Assembly (NCBI GenBank): GCA_001783515.1
Contig: MFMN01000004.1
Span: forward strand, 1-60,381
From: Candidatus Kaiserbacteria bacterium RIFCSPLOWO2_12_FULL_50_10
Lineage (GTDB): Bacteria > Patescibacteriota > Minisyncoccia > Phycocordibacterales > UBA918
Length of the DNA: 60,381 nucleotides
Reading direction: 5' to 3'
Shown: in pieces, positions 58,501 through 60,381 of the stretch
How positions within the stretch are numbered: position 1 is the stretch's first letter
How the letters are laid out: the number at the start of each line of letters is the position of its first letter
Position numbers and translations under genes: made by a program
Notes under the pieces: model-generated
Told to the model about the DNA's origin: nothing
Database searches by the model: none
Seen by the model: the letters and a program-made list of their open reading frames with translations, nothing else

Positions 58501-58782
58501 AGGTTTGTCAAGGGAGCCCTCCCGGTCTTCCATCGTGCGTGGCGCCACAAACGCCTCAAGCCCGATAATAGGCTTCACGCCAGAACCCATCGTCGCCTTA
58601 TAAAAATCAACCGCACCGTAGAGTGCGCCCAAGTCTGTCAGTGCAAGCGCCGTCTGCCCGTCAGCCTTCGCTGCAGCAACGAGCTCCTTCGGCTTTGGAA
58701 TAGCATTGAGCAAAGAATAATGCGAGTGCACATGCAAATGCACAAAAGAGGCCTTCGGCTTCTCAGTAGATTCAGAATCCAT
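55549..58782 (-). CDS. dnaE: DNA polymerase III alpha subunit
   Basis: FVHLHVHSHYSLL PHP domain, FERFLNPER..PDIDMD, YGFNKAHA; TATACT-N6-ATG. Confidence 0.98.
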   Translation of the reverse strand: MDSESTEKPKASFVHLHVHSHYSLLNAIPKPKELVAAAKADGQTALALTDLGALYGAVDFYKATMGSGVKPIIGLEAFVAPRTMEDREGSLDKPRNRVIFLAKNNEGYVHLIKMVTESFMRGFYYKPRIDHALIEKYKENLVCILPSFSSEPVSALKDHLDERAHASLDWYKGVFGDDLYMEITHHPEITGHMETQARIKELAKEHGVQIMAAHDVYYLKKEDHRAREAMIKIQSGGILDMMDDGEGEHEDFSFISQTQACEYFADEPEALANTLKIADMCGYTMTPGEVWHFPNFIIESGKEPDDELRDAAYEGYKWRGYLPDNADALKRLDYELDVIKKKGYAKYFLAVGDLLREARERGILTTIRGSVAGSFATYVLGITNVDPLEYNLPFERFLNPERPSAPDIDMDYADNRRDEIISYARDKYGRDHVAQICTFGTMMAKAAVRDIARVLGHPYSLGDQISKIIPVGSQGSKMTIDKALDIEPDFAKMYKEDAAVREIVDLAKKIEGRARQLGVHAAGVVISPLPLTEFTPVQPDTKTGKLITQYESNSVGEDGVGLLKFDFLGIRNLAILADATKLVRETRGIDIDIENIRVDDEKTFAILAKGETMGLFQLNGSGMTAFLKQLKPSTIHDINAMVALYRPGPMECIPQYIERKHNPMLVTYLDPRLKEILERSFGVITYQDDVMMIAIKLAGYSWLDADKLRKAMGKKVPEVMAAEKEKLFKGFLEYGKLSEANAEALWLLIEPFAAYGFNKAHAASYGRVAYQTAYMKANYPVEYMTAVLTAESGNMETITDVIHECERMGVHVLPPDVNESRPGFAIVKDEAENPAHIRFGLSAIKGFGEGIAQTLLAEREHGGTFTSMSDFLRRVVDRGINKKSMEALTMAGAFDSLEERGTLLHNMEKMLEFNKAEMQKKESAQDDLFALMGGFASDLVLERVPDVPKSQKLAWEKELIGIYINGHPVDDYAAQLRTYPSIGRVLREWKEDQEVKTAGMIEMVRPLLTKKGDKMAFIKLVNRKDSIELVMFPKLYETQGTLLVPGSVIAVKGKVSVRNDEKSIILDALKSFTAPVV

Positions 58783-58860
58783 GTGCACAGTATATCACGA
58801 TCGCAAGCGCCAAAGTTGTTGCGTTGCCGTTCTCGCAATGGTATAACCTAGCAAACCCTC

Positions 58861-58943
58861 GCTGGGGTGGCGGAATGGTAGACGCGCACGACTCAAAATC
58901 GTGTTCTCGTAAGGGAGTGAGGGTTCGAGTCCCTCGCCCAGCA
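58861..58943 (+). tRNA. tRNA-Leu (anticodon CAA), long variable arm, CCA not encoded
   Basis: GGCGGAATGGTAGACGC D-arm, CACGA-CTCAAAA-TCGTG, GAGGGTTCGAGTCCCTC T-arm; apparent G7:G66 mismatch. Confidence 0.93.
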
Positions 58944-58993
58944 CAAAAAAAGAGCCCCGCACATGGTGTGCGGGGTTTTTGGTGTCCCTATGC

Positions 58994-59722
58994 TCATGGC
59001 TGAGGTTTGGGGACGAAAATGTGGAAGTGGGCGCCGCGGGCTTCGAGGATGAAGAGAATGCGGCTCTCTTTCATGTCTGTCATAAGCTCGTTCGCAATCC
59101 AGCTGCGTTCGGAGACGCTGAGGGTGCGTGTGCTTATGTCGAACGCTGCACCTGTTGCGTGGGTGCCACATACGAGCGGCTCATTGCAGTGCGCTGGCGT
59201 TGCACCACGTCGCGCGAGCGACTTCTGGAGCTCGACAGGTCGCGTCAATGACGTGACCCGAAGCGTGATGCCTTCTGCTCCGGCGCGACGCGCGAGGTTG
59301 GTCAGGTACGCATGTGCCCAAACGCGCAAGACGCGACGTTCGACAGGAAGTCCTTCTGGCCATGCAATATGAAGACTTTCAACCGCGTGCAGCGTTCCTT
59401 CGGCAACAGCGCGGGCTATGTCTTTTTGCGTTTCGAACCGAGGCAGATCGTCGTACGCAGCGAGGCAGATTTCGTGCGAAAGTTTCTCAAGCGAGCCGTG
59501 CAGGGTTGTTGCCTCGGTAAAAAGCGTGAAGATTTCCGCACGGGCGCCGTCCACATAGCGACGCATAATGCAGTCAGTAACGAATTCGCGTACGCGAATA
59601 TCCTTCTGCACTTGCACGAGGCGCATGAGCTGTGCGTAGGAACTTCGTTTGTGTGGCGCTTTGTGTGCGTCCGCATATCCCATGAAAAGGAGCGAGAACA
59701 GGAGTACAAGAAGTGAATGCAT
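58994..59722 (-). CDS. Secreted putative zinc peptidase, LAS/M15-like (DUF5715-like)
   Basis: Signal peptide; VTSLTR, H-x6-D (HATGAAFD) and HFH motifs; GGAGG RBS. Confidence 0.7.
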   Translation of the reverse strand: MHSLLVLLFSLLFMGYADAHKAPHKRSSYAQLMRLVQVQKDIRVREFVTDCIMRRYVDGARAEIFTLFTEATTLHGSLEKLSHEICLAAYDDLPRFETQKDIARAVAEGTLHAVESLHIAWPEGLPVERRVLRVWAHAYLTNLARRAGAEGITLRVTSLTRPVELQKSLARRGATPAHCNEPLVCGTHATGAAFDISTRTLSVSERSWIANELMTDMKESRILFILEARGAHFHIFVPKPQP

Positions 59723-59886
59723 GATAGATTCCTCCATGAACAAGAATGAGCAAGATAGAGAAATGGTGCACGCGTTCGAGGTCGTGCGCAAGTTGACATA
59801 CTTCAGAATACGTGGCTTTTGACGGAATCAGTACATGTGGCATGCCATATGGACGAAAAGATGTTCTTGCGGTATAGTGCGGTATT

Positions 59887-60381
59887 ATGGCAACCAAGAA
59901 ATCATCAAAGGTAGCATCCTCGAAAGCGAGCGGCCCCGTGAAGAAAACGGTCGCGAAGAAATCAGTGGCGAAAAAGACCCCCGTAAAAAAAGCGGTTCCT
60001 AAAAAAACCGTAGCAAAGAAAGCAGTTGTCAAAAAAGTTACTGCATCAAAAACCCCTGTCAAGAAGGCGGCTTCCTCGAAAGCGGTCGCTAAAAAAACCT
60101 CTACAAAAAAACCCGTGACCACAACAACATCTACCAAAAAAACAACCACTAAGAAGACGCCTGCTTCTCCAGAAAAGAAGGTGCCGGCGTTTGCCGTGCG
60201 TCTTACGCGAGATGAAATGACTGCACGTGCACGCGAGCTGACCGAAATCGGTCGCAAGCGCGGTTATGTGACCCACGAAGAAATCCTGCAACGATTCCCA
60301 ACTATTGAGCGAGATGTGCCATTCCTCGAAGAACTGTACGAGAAGTTTGCTATTATGGGCGTTGATGTTATCGAAAATGCG
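59887..60381 (+). CDS. rpoD: Primary sigma factor RpoD, 5' part (Lys/Ala/Thr-rich extension plus region 1.1), runs off the window
   Basis: Open frame from ATG 59887, absent from the ORF track because it has no stop; GRKRGYVTHEEILQRFPTIERDV.FLEELYE..GVDVIE is region 1.1-like. Confidence 0.82.
   Translation, partial: MATKKSSKVASSKASGPVKKTVAKKSVAKKTPVKKAVPKKTVAKKAVVKKVTASKTPVKKAASSKAVAKKTSTKKPVTTTTSTKKTTTKKTPASPEKKVPAFAVRLTRDEMTARARELTEIGRKRGYVTHEEILQRFPTIERDVPFLEELYEKFAIMGVDVIENA

Overview
This window looks like a chromosomal segment of a Patescibacteria/CPR (Parcubacteria-like) bacterium. That assignment is inferred from gene content: a type IV pilus cluster, alpha2-type GlyRS, short MetRS, split secD/secF, no biosynthetic pathways and many large secreted proteins. 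Core genes: pilB/pilT/pilC, nusA, ppa, glyQS, metG, leuS, rodA, an HD hydrolase, trxB, nrdB, rnr, groES/groEL, rplJ/rplL with L10 leader, rpe, secD/secF, a CPA1 antiporter, gyrA, mltG, dnaE, the 5' part of rpoD, tRNA-Lys(UUU) and tRNA-Leu(CAA). No rRNA, CRISPR array, transposase or integrase was seen. Most notable signals: (1) a ~127-nt covarying hairpin repeat directly after four stop codons; (2) two further REP-like families built on CTGGATCC...GGATGAC, one with a nested copy; (3) three promoters with a DnaA-box-like 9-mer exactly 23 nt upstream of TATACT; (4) a strict TAnnnT-N6-ATG leaderless layout on at least 12 genes, versus Shine-Dalgarno-led orphan cassettes; (5) a ~2060-aa beta-helix stalk plus lipase-like surface protein, followed by a decayed copy of one of its own domains, suggesting C-terminal swapping; (6) a Nudix domain inserted in LeuRS. 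All calls are by eye; no searches or folding programs were run.
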